DNA from: Chloropicon primus
Lineage: Eukaryota
Length of the DNA stretch: 64,000 nucleotides
Direction of reading: 5' to 3'
Assembly (NCBI GenBank): GCA_023205875.1
Contig: CP060758.1
Span: 744,001 to 808,000 of the forward strand
Shown here piece by piece: positions 9,903-19,960 of this stretch (its first letter is position 1; each line of letters starts with the position of its first letter). The notes beneath the pieces are model-generated. The model saw only the letters and a list, made by a program, of their open reading frames with translations, was not told the origin of the DNA and made no database searches. The translations under genes were made by a program, and so were the position numbers.

Positions 9903-10322
9903 ATGGCGGAGAGCGTCCGTTGGGACAACTGGGAGCTTATCCAGGACGCGGTACAGAGCACGGGGGATGACCTCCTCCTCGTGGTGGTGTGTTTCGCACA
10001 AAAGTGGTCCCCAACGTCTTTGGACACTGCGGTGAAGGTGGAGAACATCAGGAAGAGTGGCGAGGCCGACAGGAACGGGGCGCAGGCCTTCATCATCAAC
10101 GCAGACGAGGAGAGGGGGAGGTGCTGGGAGTTTGGAATCAAGACCACTCCGGCTTTTGTATTCTACTGGAAAGGCAAACAGCTGTCTGTCCAAAGGCTTC
10201 TGCACGACAACGACGTGAAGCTCACGGGGTCCTTCTCGGAGCAGACTCTTCTCAAAGTCATCAAAGCCGCACGGGAAAGCAGCTTGAGGGGAGTTAAGCA
10301 TTTCACGGCACCTGTATCATGA
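9903..10322 (+). CDS. Thioredoxin-fold protein lacking CxxC
   Basis: LLVVVCFAQKWSPTS...FIINADEE...EFGIKTTPAFVFYWKGK follows the thioredoxin pattern including cis-Pro. ATG at 9903. Confidence 0.6.
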   Translation: MAESVRWDNWELIQDAVQSTGDDLLLVVVCFAQKWSPTSLDTAVKVENIRKSGEADRNGAQAFIINADEERGRCWEFGIKTTPAFVFYWKGKQLSVQRLLHDNDVKLTGSFSEQTLLKVIKAARESSLRGVKHFTAPVS

Positions 10323-10471
10323 AACAAAACACGCTCAAGGAGAGAGAAATACAACTTGTACTACTACCTACTACGTTATTTGAACAAAGTAATCGACAAA
10401 AGCACACTCAAAACCGCCGAGGCGATGATCAGACCCTACCCCCCCAAACACACGCACGCACAACAACGCCT

Positions 10472-12622
10472 TCACGTCAGCTGGGGCAGTGGCCTATCAA
10501 ACCTGGTTTTTCCCGGCCCATCACGAGGGTTGCGAAGTTGAGCAAGAGACGCGTCCTTTGCAATTTTGATGCCGTACTTTGTGGCAGCGCTCTCGAGGTC
10601 CATGCCCCCCTCACCAAAGTACTTGTTCTGTATGATGCTCAGAGTCTTCAAGGAGAGGTTTTTGCCCCCGTGCTTTAGTATGCAATCGGCCAAGGCAGAG
10701 CAAGAAGCATCAGTGCACTTGGTCGAATCCAGGTGCAGCTCCTCTATCTTTGAAGCGGGCAGGAGCGTGGCGACCGCGGCCACGCCCTCGTCAAAGAGAG
10801 GGTTCCACGAGACGTTCAGGGACTTGAGGTTGTTGCTCGCGTTCGTCTCGATCGCTCTCGCGAGGAAGGTGAGTCCCATGACGCCCACGTCGTTGTAAGA
10901 GATATCAAGCTTCTCGAGCGCCTTGTTCGAGGACATCATGTCCGCAATCACTTGGGCGCCCTTGTCCTGGATTCCGTTCTCTGCAAGGCTCAACTCCTTG
11001 AGGGACTTGTTTTCCTTGAGGAAGCCCATGAGGAAGGTGAGGGCGCTGTGGCTCATGAAGTTCGCCCTGAGGTTTATGACCCTGACCTTGTGCTTCCTCG
11101 AGCTCCGTATGAGAGAAATGACTGCCCGTATCCCCTCGATCGACCTGGTCCCGATGTTGTTCGAGCTAAGGTCGAGGGAGTATATCGGTATCTCCCTCGA
11201 GTTCTCGATCGAGTTCAGCAGGACTTGAACGGTGTCCGGATCGATGTCGTTCCCGCTCACGTCGAGGTGCTTCAGATTCTTGCAGTGGTGCAAAACATCG
11301 GACAGATTCTTGATGCCCACGTGGCCGAGGTTGCAGAAAGGAAGGGACAGGTACACGAGGTGCTGCAGCCTCGGGTACTTTTGCGTGTTCAGCGGTCCCT
11401 CGAGCCGGAGGTAGTCCGATATCCTCGCCCTTTCCCCATCGGAGAGGTGCGTCAGGTCCTCCTTCCCCGTCTTGGAGGCGTGCTGCTTGGTCTGATAAGG
11501 AGTTTTCATCGGCTTCCTCGTCTTGTGCATCATGTGCACGACACCCTGGGCCGTGTGCGAGCCACCCCGGTACTGGCCCTTCCTATTCCCCTTCCCGGTG
11601 CCCTTGCCCTTGTGGTTCGTCAGGTCCATCCCGAACGTGTTCTCGAAGGTGTCCTGCTTCTCAGCGTCCCCACGAGCGTTGTCGATCTTGATCTGGCTGA
11701 TCCGCCTCCCCCTCTTTCTCGCGACGACGAGGGCAGGGAGAACGATTTTGGTGAGCTCCCTCTCGGGATTGTTCCTCACGATCTTCTTCTTCTTCTTGCG
11801 AGCGATGCCAGAGTTCCCAACCGCGGTGGTCTCGAGCTCCCTCATCGTGAGCTCGTCCCGTGTGGCTTTCTTGAACTCCTTGGTGACCTTGGCCAGAACG
11901 ACCTCGGGCGTCCACTCCTGTATCTTCACCTTCTCGATCTCCACGTTGATCCTTCTCTTGATGTTGTTGTCGATCATCTCCGTGATCTTCTCCTTCCTCC
12001 TCTTCATCTCGTGGAAGTAGATTTCCCCTCCCCTCTCCAGCTCCTCGAAGCTCTTCTTTATAATCTTCCTCCTCTCGTCCTGGTACTTGGCCACGAGCTT
12101 CTTCCGGAGCTTGGACTCTTGCTCCCGGAGCCACTCCTTGGCGCGCTCCCTGACCTCGCGCTGCAGCTGGCGCTTCTCCACCAGGGTCTTGTTCCTGCCC
12201 TTGTAACCCCCGATGCCCGATAGCTTGTCCAGCTTTGAATCAATCTGCTTCAGCGCTTTCTCGAGCTGGTCCTTGAGAGGAGAGCCCGACTGGGACGAGA
12301 GCAGAACCTGGTTGGCAAAGAATTGGAAAGTCTCCGATTGCTCCAACTTCTTCTTCTCCCTCTCTGATTTGTCCTCCACCCCGGAGCCCTGAAGCACGAG
12401 CTGGTCGTTGTTGGGCACCTGAGGGAACCCAATCGGCACTCCAGGTCCGCTCAGGCTTCCCCTCCCCCTCACCAAGGACACTCGCTTCGACTTGACGCCG
12501 TTCATCCCTAGGCTTGGGCTTGTCCTCGTCCTTGACGAGCTCCTTTTTGACCTTGTGGCCGAGGCACAACACCTCCTTCGGTTATCTCCCAATCCCAACC
12601 CCTCTTCAGACACCTCCATCAT
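10472..12622 (-). CDS. RNI-like leucine-rich-repeat protein with N-terminal coiled coil
   Basis: Repeated LxxLxLxxNxI units (LKHLDVSGNDI, LKELSLAENGI, LEKLDISYNDVG, LKSLNVSWNPL). Confidence 0.8.
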   Translation of the reverse strand: MMEVSEEGLGLGDNRRRCCASATRSKRSSSRTRTSPSLGMNGVKSKRVSLVRGRGSLSGPGVPIGFPQVPNNDQLVLQGSGVEDKSEREKKKLEQSETFQFFANQVLLSSQSGSPLKDQLEKALKQIDSKLDKLSGIGGYKGRNKTLVEKRQLQREVRERAKEWLREQESKLRKKLVAKYQDERRKIIKKSFEELERGGEIYFHEMKRRKEKITEMIDNNIKRRINVEIEKVKIQEWTPEVVLAKVTKEFKKATRDELTMRELETTAVGNSGIARKKKKKIVRNNPERELTKIVLPALVVARKRGRRISQIKIDNARGDAEKQDTFENTFGMDLTNHKGKGTGKGNRKGQYRGGSHTAQGVVHMMHKTRKPMKTPYQTKQHASKTGKEDLTHLSDGERARISDYLRLEGPLNTQKYPRLQHLVYLSLPFCNLGHVGIKNLSDVLHHCKNLKHLDVSGNDIDPDTVQVLLNSIENSREIPIYSLDLSSNNIGTRSIEGIRAVISLIRSSRKHKVRVINLRANFMSHSALTFLMGFLKENKSLKELSLAENGIQDKGAQVIADMMSSNKALEKLDISYNDVGVMGLTFLARAIETNASNNLKSLNVSWNPLFDEGVAAVATLLPASKIEELHLDSTKCTDASCSALADCILKHGGKNLSLKTLSIIQNKYFGEGGMDLESAATKYGIKIAKDASLAQLRNPRDGPGKTRFDRPLPQLT

Positions 12623-12884
12623 CTCCTCGGTTGACCCTTTCCCGGGAAAAAAAAAAAAAAAAAAAGTTTTGCTTAATCAAAGGACGCGAAGAGAGAGACA
12701 GAGAGAGAGAGAGAGAGACCAGACCACCAGAGAAAGAGAGAGAGGCCAGGGGAGAGAGCAGCTTCTCTGTTTCTAATTGTTATCCTTATTTGGAAGCCAA
12801 GACAGGAAAAAGTTTCCTTTCCATGAGGAGGCCCAAGGTTTTGGGAAAAAAATCGATCGTAATCTAATTTTAGAAAACGGGGGG

Positions 12885-14051
12885 ATGCCATCGCCATCGC
12901 CATCGCCATCGCCATCGCCATCGTCGCCATCGCCATCGTCGTCATGCGTGGACCTGGACCTGGTGGGGGGCGGGAAGAGCGTGTGGACTGATATGGGAGC
13001 ATCGTCCTCTTCTCCACTTTGGTTCGACTTCTCCCTTGAAGGAGTTGGGGGACGGGGGAGGATGCCAGGAGCCGAGGGAGTCTCTGCTGGTCCGAGACTC
13101 GAGGGGTGCATCCTGGGCGATGGGCCTGGGCTGGAGAAGGTCGAGCGGGGCAGGTCCGAGGACGGCGCGTCGACCTCGCGGTCACGAAGCTGGTCCTCGT
13201 CGCCGTGTCCAGCGGAGGCTCCTCCGCCCTTCAAAGCGTTGTCTTACAAGAGCAGGAAGCTCGGTGGTTTAGGCGTGGTGCTCACGGGGGGCGTCGACGT
13301 CGACTTCGCGGAGCCACGGGTCGCTGACCAGGGCACTGCCAGTGAGATTCGCTTGGAGCCTCCGGGCACGACGCTGTGCCGGGACTTCTCGGTCAAGTGC
13401 CGAGCGAAGTGCAAGTGCGGCCCGCTGGACCTCCAGCCCAAGCTGCCGACGGTCGTGCCCCTCGAGACGACGAGGAGACTCAAGAGGGGCTGGTGGTTTC
13501 CCAAAGCCACTCTGGGCACGAGTCGGGGCTCTTCGACTGCATTCGTCAAGGACAAGTGCACGATCGGGATCGATTTCTGCGACGGGCGGTGCGCAGTGGA
13601 CCTCAAATCCGCGCAGGCGATGCAGGGAAGCTCGGGGGACACCTTGTCCATGCAAACGAAGGGCAAGATCGTCGCTCCGCCGGCGAATTTGAAGGCTTTC
13701 AGTCATAAGCTCGCGTTCAAGTCGAGCCGAGGCCCCTCCCTCTCGGTTGCATGGCAGATGAAGAAGAACTGGGACAAGGTCTCGGTCCCTCTGGAGGCCG
13801 AAGCCGGAGGCGTCAAGCTTACGTGGGAAGCTCCAAACCGCAAAATGAGTATAGAGGCAAAGAAGGGCCTTCTTTTGCCGAGGGCGCTCGAGGAGCTGCG
13901 GTACAAGATTGACCAGAGCGGCAACGAGCTCAGAGCGAAGCCGAGGCTCCTGCCGGAGCTGGAGCTCACGCTCACTTGGAAGCGGAGCAAACCACGCGCC
14001 TTGAAGTCTCTGCTGTTCTCGTACGAGCAGAGCGGCGTGCCTGTTTCGTGA
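12885..14051 (+). CDS. Hypothetical protein with N-terminal (PS)n tract and beta-strand-rich C-terminal half
   Basis: Long open frame with host-like codon usage. ATG at 12885 followed by CCATCG repeats. No family recognised. Confidence 0.55.
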   Translation: MPSPSPSPSPSPSSPSPSSSCVDLDLVGGGKSVWTDMGASSSSPLWFDFSLEGVGGRGRMPGAEGVSAGPRLEGCILGDGPGLEKVERGRSEDGASTSRSRSWSSSPCPAEAPPPFKALSYKSRKLGGLGVVLTGGVDVDFAEPRVADQGTASEIRLEPPGTTLCRDFSVKCRAKCKCGPLDLQPKLPTVVPLETTRRLKRGWWFPKATLGTSRGSSTAFVKDKCTIGIDFCDGRCAVDLKSAQAMQGSSGDTLSMQTKGKIVAPPANLKAFSHKLAFKSSRGPSLSVAWQMKKNWDKVSVPLEAEAGGVKLTWEAPNRKMSIEAKKGLLLPRALEELRYKIDQSGNELRAKPRLLPELELTLTWKRSKPRALKSLLFSYEQSGVPVS

Positions 14052-14144
14052 ATAAAAGCCACGAGATCACGTTTACGTACATGTATGGAAACACGTTTAT
14101 TGTACACTTAGCGCAGCAAAGTCAACGCTTGCGGGGCTCCCAAG

Positions 14145-14399
14145 TCAAGACATCGAGATCTCCTGCATGAAGTGTCCCAACCTCTCGACGTACTGAGGTG
14201 AAAAGTCGAGATTCTGATGGTCGTATCCCTCGACCCACAGGGGGGACACGCTGTTCCCGCACAAAGAGTGCAGCAAGGTGGCGTTGCTGATGTGAATAAC
14301 CTCGTCCGCAGTTCCATGCATGATAAGCGTGGGCGCCTTGATCTTCTGCACAAACTCCAAGTTCGGATAGATGTCCAGCCCTGCAGTTCCACACACGCA

Positions 14400-14435
<36 letters not shown>

Positions 14436-15207
14436 CGGCGAGGTGAGTGAAAAGGCCAGTTTGGGGCGAGAGCTCGCGATCCACTCTCGGAGGACTTACA
14501 CACAGGCCACTTCTCTATCGTGGGCTTGAGCACTCTCATGCCGGAAGCGAGGGGGCTGTGGAGGATGACCCCCCCGAGCTCCTCAACCTTGGAGGCGAGC
14601 TCGCACGTGGGACCGGAGCCGACGCTCTGACCGTACAGAATGATGTCCTTGGGGTTCACTTTTCGGTCGTCCACCAGGTAGCTCCAGCACGCCCTGATGT
14701 CTGCAAAGGTGTTCCTGATCGACGGAGAACCCGTGCTTCGACCGTATCCACTGTAGTCTGCAGGAGCAAAGACAGGGTCGAGCGTTTTCGATACGGGGTG
14801 GTCAGACCGCTGAGCGCGCAAGGGGGGGAGCCCACTTCACTCCGTTCGAACTCACCGTAGCCAAGGACGTTCACGCCCAGAGTCTCGGACAAGTGGACGT
14901 ACACCGACTGCATAATCCCAAGATCGACTGCGTTGCCGTGCGAGTGAAGGAGGGTCTTCTTCGCCCCCACTCCGTTCCCCGTGTCGTACGGCACGTATAT
15001 CGCCACGATCTTCTCCCCTCCCCCTCCTCCCCTCCTTCGCTCCGTGTCCAACTTCATAACCTTGCATCGGCTGAGGTCCCTCGTGAATCCACCCGAAAGG
15101 GTATACTTTCCGCCTTCGGAGGACGTTATCGTGTATGTCGGTGGCTTGGGAGGGAAGTAAGCGAGCATTCCCGCCACCCTGTCGATCAGGGCTGCCCACA
15201 GACCCAT
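14145..15207 (-). CDS. ABHD17: ABHD17-like alpha/beta hydrolase (depalmitoylase); exons 15207-14856, 14757-14500, 14380-14145
   Basis: LAYFPP, LLHSHGNAVDLG, GYDYSGYGRSTG (across splice), LYGQSVGSGP nucleophile elbow, HGTADEVI, EGYDHQN. Confidence 0.9.
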
Positions 15208-15609
15208 CCTTCCACCACCCTTCCTTGACCTTCCACCCTCGCACGCCAAAGCACCACAAGCACCCAGCCAAGCATCTGATGATTTGCTCGAGAGGATATC
15301 CTCCGCGGAGGGAACAACGATGGATCGTCGTATTGAGTCGTCGCTCGCATTGAGGGTTGGAGTTGGAGTTGGGAAGCACTTTCTACTTCTTGTACGACGC
15401 TGAAGCGATGCGTCCGAGGGAGGAAGAGAATAACGAGGAGGGGGAGGAAGAAGAAGTGTGGAAGGGAGAGAAAGAGAGAGAGGCAAAGAGAAATTGTGCA
15501 ATCCTTCATCGAGAAGAGAATAACACGCCTGGACTGGACCTCGGACTTCGTCCAAGATGATTTCAACACAAAGGAGTTGCCTTGATGATATCAATAACAG
15601 AAGGAGGCT

Positions 15610-17105
15610 TTACGCTCTGTTTTTCTTGTAGATCCAGCTGGCGATCATGAAGAGGAAGATGCTTGGAACCATGAGACCGATGCCAATGCCCAACTTCTGT
15701 CCCTTGGACATGCCAAAGTCGCCGGTTCCCTCCGTGACCCTCATGTAGCCGAGCCAAGCGTCCCTGCTGTACCTCACCGTGGTCGTCAAGTCCACGTTGC
15801 CGTACACTGGGACCCCGGTCTTGTACTTGCCAGTCTGGAAGCTTCCGGAGGACTTGTCGTAAAAGCACCCGTAGGAGGAGGCGGCGTTCGGCACGACGGG
15901 CAAGCTAGAATCGAGCACCAGAGACTCGAGCGGCGCCGTGGTGTGATGCTCCATCTTGACCTTGATGCAGAGCTCTTGAAGGTTCTCGTAGTAGGTGCAC
16001 GTCTCTGCGTAGAAGGTGCCGCCGTAATTGTTCACGCACCTCCTCTTGCAGTCTCTGTAAGCCTTGTCCTGATCATCCTTTGTCTTCCAACGGCACTGGT
16101 AGGTCAGCATGTTGGCAAACTTTTGGTTGAACGCGGTCGTGTACCTGTTGTTGGAGAACACCCTCGCGATCACGTTGCACTGGTCGGGCTGAATATTCTT
16201 GAAGCCCAAGGTGGTTCTCCACTTGTACTGCGGGCTCAGTGGGTCGGCTCCGTCCTTGATCGCCTTCTTGTCCGTGAACGTATCGGTGGCGACCTGGCTC
16301 AGCGGCATGCTGAAGTTCGTGGCTCCTGGGAAACGAGAACAAAGGTTGGCTCGCGCGTCGTCAGTGCCTCCGCGCATAGCTTTCAAGGGAAGCACCTGGA
16401 CGCAGGCAAAAAGGAGACCTCACTTACCGCCTGGATAGTTGTTGCAAATGACCTGAGCTTCAACCTTTACTGAAGGTGCCTCGTCATACTTCTTCGTCCT
16501 CACAAAGTCCTTCCACGTCAGAACGTAGTCATTGTACGCGTTGATCCTGTCGGTTCTCGTGTCTGCACTCGACTTGGCGAGGAACACTGCGCCAATGATA
16601 CCAAGGATGAGGCCTCCGGCGAGGGCAAGGATCAAGAAACATCCGGCGCAAGACACATGAGAACCTCCGTCTCCGTACCTCGCGCGACGGCTCCAGCGGG
16701 GCCTCCAGCGAGAGGACCGTCCACCTGTTGGAGCGAGCACAAGCAGACCGGGAGGGCGTGGGAGTCAGCTCTCGGTTCGGCGGCAAAGACGCAATCTTTG
16801 TCGACGGAAAAGAGACAGAACTTACCTCTGTTGTGGTGGTGGTGGTGGTGGTGCTGTTGGTCGCCCCCCCCGTAGTGGTTGCCGCCCCACTGAGTGCCTT
16901 GCTTCGTCGGAGCTGCCTGGTAATCACTTCCGGAGTTCATGTTCGGGTACTGGGGGTTGCCTTGAGGGTAACTGGGCTGGCCGTACCCGGTGGGCTGGCC
17001 GTACCCGGTGGGCTGCTCTCCGTACCCTGTGGGCTGGCCGTACCCAGTGGGCTGGCCGTAGCCGGTCGGTTGTTGCTGCGGGAACTGCGGAGCGCTTGGA
17101 TCCAT
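15610..17105 (-). CDS. Two-TM membrane protein with N-terminal (PTGYGQ)n repeats and Cys-rich luminal loop; exons 17105-16826, 16724-16428, 16325-15610
   Basis: Three ORF pieces joined in frame by GTAAG..CAG introns with CTGAC branch points. TM1 [24 protein letters not shown]2 [22 protein letters not shown]. Confidence 0.7.
16972..17070 (-). repeat. ~18-bp coding tandem repeat (QPTGYG)x4-5
   Basis: Repeated GGGCTGGCCGTACCC units on the + strand. Confidence 0.8.
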
Positions 17106-17300
17106 CTTCGAACTCTCCCGAGATAGAAGCAAGTCGCGAACTTGGCTTCACCTGCACGACGACGCCACGATGGTCACCTTTGGCCAACTCAATTCGGAAT
17201 TCGGGGGAGACCGAAATCCAGAAACGGGCGAAAACGGACAGGGGGCATCGATATTTTTGGGTGTGTTCCGTTTAGAACGTTGTTGGTAAGATTACAAAGA

Positions 17301-19802
17301 TTAGAAGGAGAGCATCCCTGCCTTGGCAGAAGTGTGGTGGAAAGTGAGGTGACCTGGGAAGGCCCTCTCTTCCGACTCCTCGAGAATGGTGTGTATCTCC
17401 GACAAGGGAACGTCCCTGTCCTCCAGGAGAGCTGAAGCGAGGACCCGGATAGAATTCCTGTGGACCTTGATGAAGTCGGCCGCCTCCTCGCTGGCCTTTG
17501 AGATCAACGCGGCGAGCTGCTTCTCCCTTTCTCCCGCCCCCTTGCTCCACGCGGTCTCCCCACCCATTTGGGTGTTCAGGAGAGAGGCGCCAAGCTCACA
17601 GGCCTTGGCAAGGTCAGTGGAGGAGAGCTGGGAGCAGCTCCCTTCCCCGAACCACCCCTCCTCCACCGCCTTTCCCACGCAAAGGGGGAGGAGAGAGTTG
17701 CTAAACAGGGAGAAATCGTCGCCTCCTTCTGCGGTCTTCCCCCCCTCGGGGACCCCCCTCTCCAGGTAGAGGAGCCTCCACCAGCCCAGCTCCTCGTCTG
17801 TCTCGTCCAAGTCCTCGAACACCAAGCCCGTGACCTCCTTCTTCCTCAGGGCCAAGCTCACAAACTTGAGGGTCGACCCGCCTGGCGTGAGCGCGCTGGC
17901 GATGGCCCTGGCGGCGTGAAACATGGCGAGCCTCTCCTTGGGCATGCTGGGCTCCAGGCCGCCCTGCTTCAGCCCGATGGACTGCTGCTCCAGCAGCTCG
18001 AGGATCATGTCCATGTCCGCGATCTTCTTCCCCCGCCTCACCGCAAGAATCGTCGCCTCGTTCAACAGGTTCTCGAGTCCGGCGCCGGAGAATCCGGGGG
18101 TGATCCTCGCCGTTTCCAGCAGGAGGGCGTCCTCGTCGTCGTGCTCCGGGTGGCCCTTCCTCGGGATGAGCGGCCTGTTCCTGGCATGCACCTCCAGAAT
18201 CTTGAAGCGGTTTTGCTTCGAGGGCGTGTCAATGAAGAACTTGCGGTCGAACCGGCCCGGCCTGAGGAGGGCCTCGTCCAGATCAGTGGCCATGTTGGTC
18301 GCACCAATTACCAGCACCCTCTCCGTGGGCCGGAAGCCGTCCATCTCGATCAGGAGTTGGAGAAGCCCCTGCTCCCTCTCCTGGACTCCAGGGTCGTCCG
18401 AGAAGGCTGACCTCTTCTTACCCAGGGCGTCTATCTCGTCTATGAATATGATGGCAGGGGAGCTGGCCCTCGCCGTGTTGAAGATGTGCTTCACCCTCTC
18501 CGCTGCGATTCCCTCGTACATCTCCACGAACTCGGCCCCGTTGCAGGCAAAGAACGGCACGTTGAACTCGCCCGCCAGCGCCTTGGCCAGCATGGTCTTG
18601 CCAGTCCCCGGGGGGCCGTAGAAGAGCATCCCTCTGGGTGGCTTCACGCCCGCTTTCGTGAAAGAGATGTCGCTCACCAGCATCTCCATGACTTGGGAGA
18701 TGGCTGATTTGATCTTGTCGACCCCCGCCACGTCAGCAAAGTCGACCCCAGTACTCTTCACTTCCCCCCCCTTTCCTTTCACGTTGAATGCCTTGGCCAG
18801 CGATTTGCGAAAGTAGTCCTTCTGCTTCCTCATCTCCTCCTCCTTCCTCTTTTTGTTTCGGTACCAGAGCGTAAGCAGGAACTGGACGACGAGGAGGGTC
18901 CCAAATGGCTTGGAAATGCTGAACACTCTCCCGGTCGTCATCCAGTAGTAGTCCGGCTGGTGGACCACGATCTCCAGGTAGCACTGGTCCGTCACGAGCC
19001 TGTTCTCCTTTGCGATTTTGCCGTCCTCGCCCCTCTTTGGCAGGTTCTCCTTGCAGAGCTCGAGGAACTTGTTGTCCCGCCACAAGTCCCCGGGAAGCGG
19101 GCAGTAGAACCTGTCCTTCTCCATGGACCACTCTGGGGCCTCGCCACAGTAGATCATCTCCGGCTCGCGCTCGGAGACCCCCTCGATGGCCTCCTGGTAC
19201 GAGAAGTCGTTCGCGCAGTTCGGCACGGGCACCTCCACTATGGCGTCCCTCCCCTCGTTCAAGACGGTCAGGCGCTTCACCCGCCTCTGGGCGAGAAGCT
19301 CCAGTAGCCGGGCGTACGATATCGTCGCGTCTCCCACCGGCGGTATGCTGTCCTGAGGATAGAGCTTGTCCTTCACGCGCAGCCAGCGTATCCCGCTCGG
19401 CGTTTTCTTCCACTGCTCCACCTGCTCCTTCACCTGCTCGAACTCCTTTCGACTCCGTACCCATATCCCGTTCGTCCTCTTTACTTTCGCGGCAGGGTCG
19501 ACCTCGCCCTCGAAGTCCTCCTCCACTCCGTAGCTCGCGGCCTCGTCCGCGGAGCTCTTCTTCCCCCTGCTCGACCGCGTCTGGGAAGGCGAGGGAGACG
19601 AGTAGCCCACGTCCTTGAGACCATAATCTCCCTCCAGATCTGCGTCGAAGAGGTCCTCGTCCTCCTCCCAAGCCGGCCGCCTCAATTCGCGGCAGCGCCG
19701 CGACTCCCCCTGAGTCCCCCTCCTCCTCCGCGGCCCCCCCTGGACCCTCCTCCGCCTGCTCAGAGACCCAGTGCTTCGCGCTCCGCACACTCTCGCCGCC
19801 AT
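17301..19802 (-). CDS. Plastid FtsH-like AAA ATPase, protease-inactive (FtsHi type)
   Basis: Transit-peptide-like N-terminus, DFADVAG, GPPGTGKT, IFIDEID, ALLRPGRFDR. The HExxH zinc motif position reads FHAARA. Confidence 0.85.
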   Translation of the reverse strand: MAARVCGARSTGSLSRRRRVQGGPRRRRGTQGESRRCRELRRPAWEEDEDLFDADLEGDYGLKDVGYSSPSPSQTRSSRGKKSSADEAASYGVEEDFEGEVDPAAKVKRTNGIWVRSRKEFEQVKEQVEQWKKTPSGIRWLRVKDKLYPQDSIPPVGDATISYARLLELLAQRRVKRLTVLNEGRDAIVEVPVPNCANDFSYQEAIEGVSEREPEMIYCGEAPEWSMEKDRFYCPLPGDLWRDNKFLELCKENLPKRGEDGKIAKENRLVTDQCYLEIVVHQPDYYWMTTGRVFSISKPFGTLLVVQFLLTLWYRNKKRKEEEMRKQKDYFRKSLAKAFNVKGKGGEVKSTGVDFADVAGVDKIKSAISQVMEMLVSDISFTKAGVKPPRGMLFYGPPGTGKTMLAKALAGEFNVPFFACNGAEFVEMYEGIAAERVKHIFNTARASSPAIIFIDEIDALGKKRSAFSDDPGVQEREQGLLQLLIEMDGFRPTERVLVIGATNMATDLDEALLRPGRFDRKFFIDTPSKQNRFKILEVHARNRPLIPRKGHPEHDDEDALLLETARITPGFSGAGLENLLNEATILAVRRGKKIADMDMILELLEQQSIGLKQGGLEPSMPKERLAMFHAARAIASALTPGGSTLKFVSLALRKKEVTGLVFEDLDETDEELGWWRLLYLERGVPEGGKTAEGGDDFSLFSNSLLPLCVGKAVEEGWFGEGSCSQLSSTDLAKACELGASLLNTQMGGETAWSKGAGEREKQLAALISKASEEAADFIKVHRNSIRVLASALLEDRDVPLSEIHTILEESEERAFPGHLTFHHTSAKAGMLSF

Positions 19803-19960
19803 GACTTGCGTTTAGGATAAGGACCGCTTTTTTCCTCGGGGAAGGGAAGCGAGCCTAGGAGCCTAGGAGTAGTTGATGATGGAAAGTGGTCAATGATTGA
19901 TTTTACAAGGAGCTACACAATGGTGGGATTGGATTAGGCCGTTTTTAGTGCTGGTCATGG

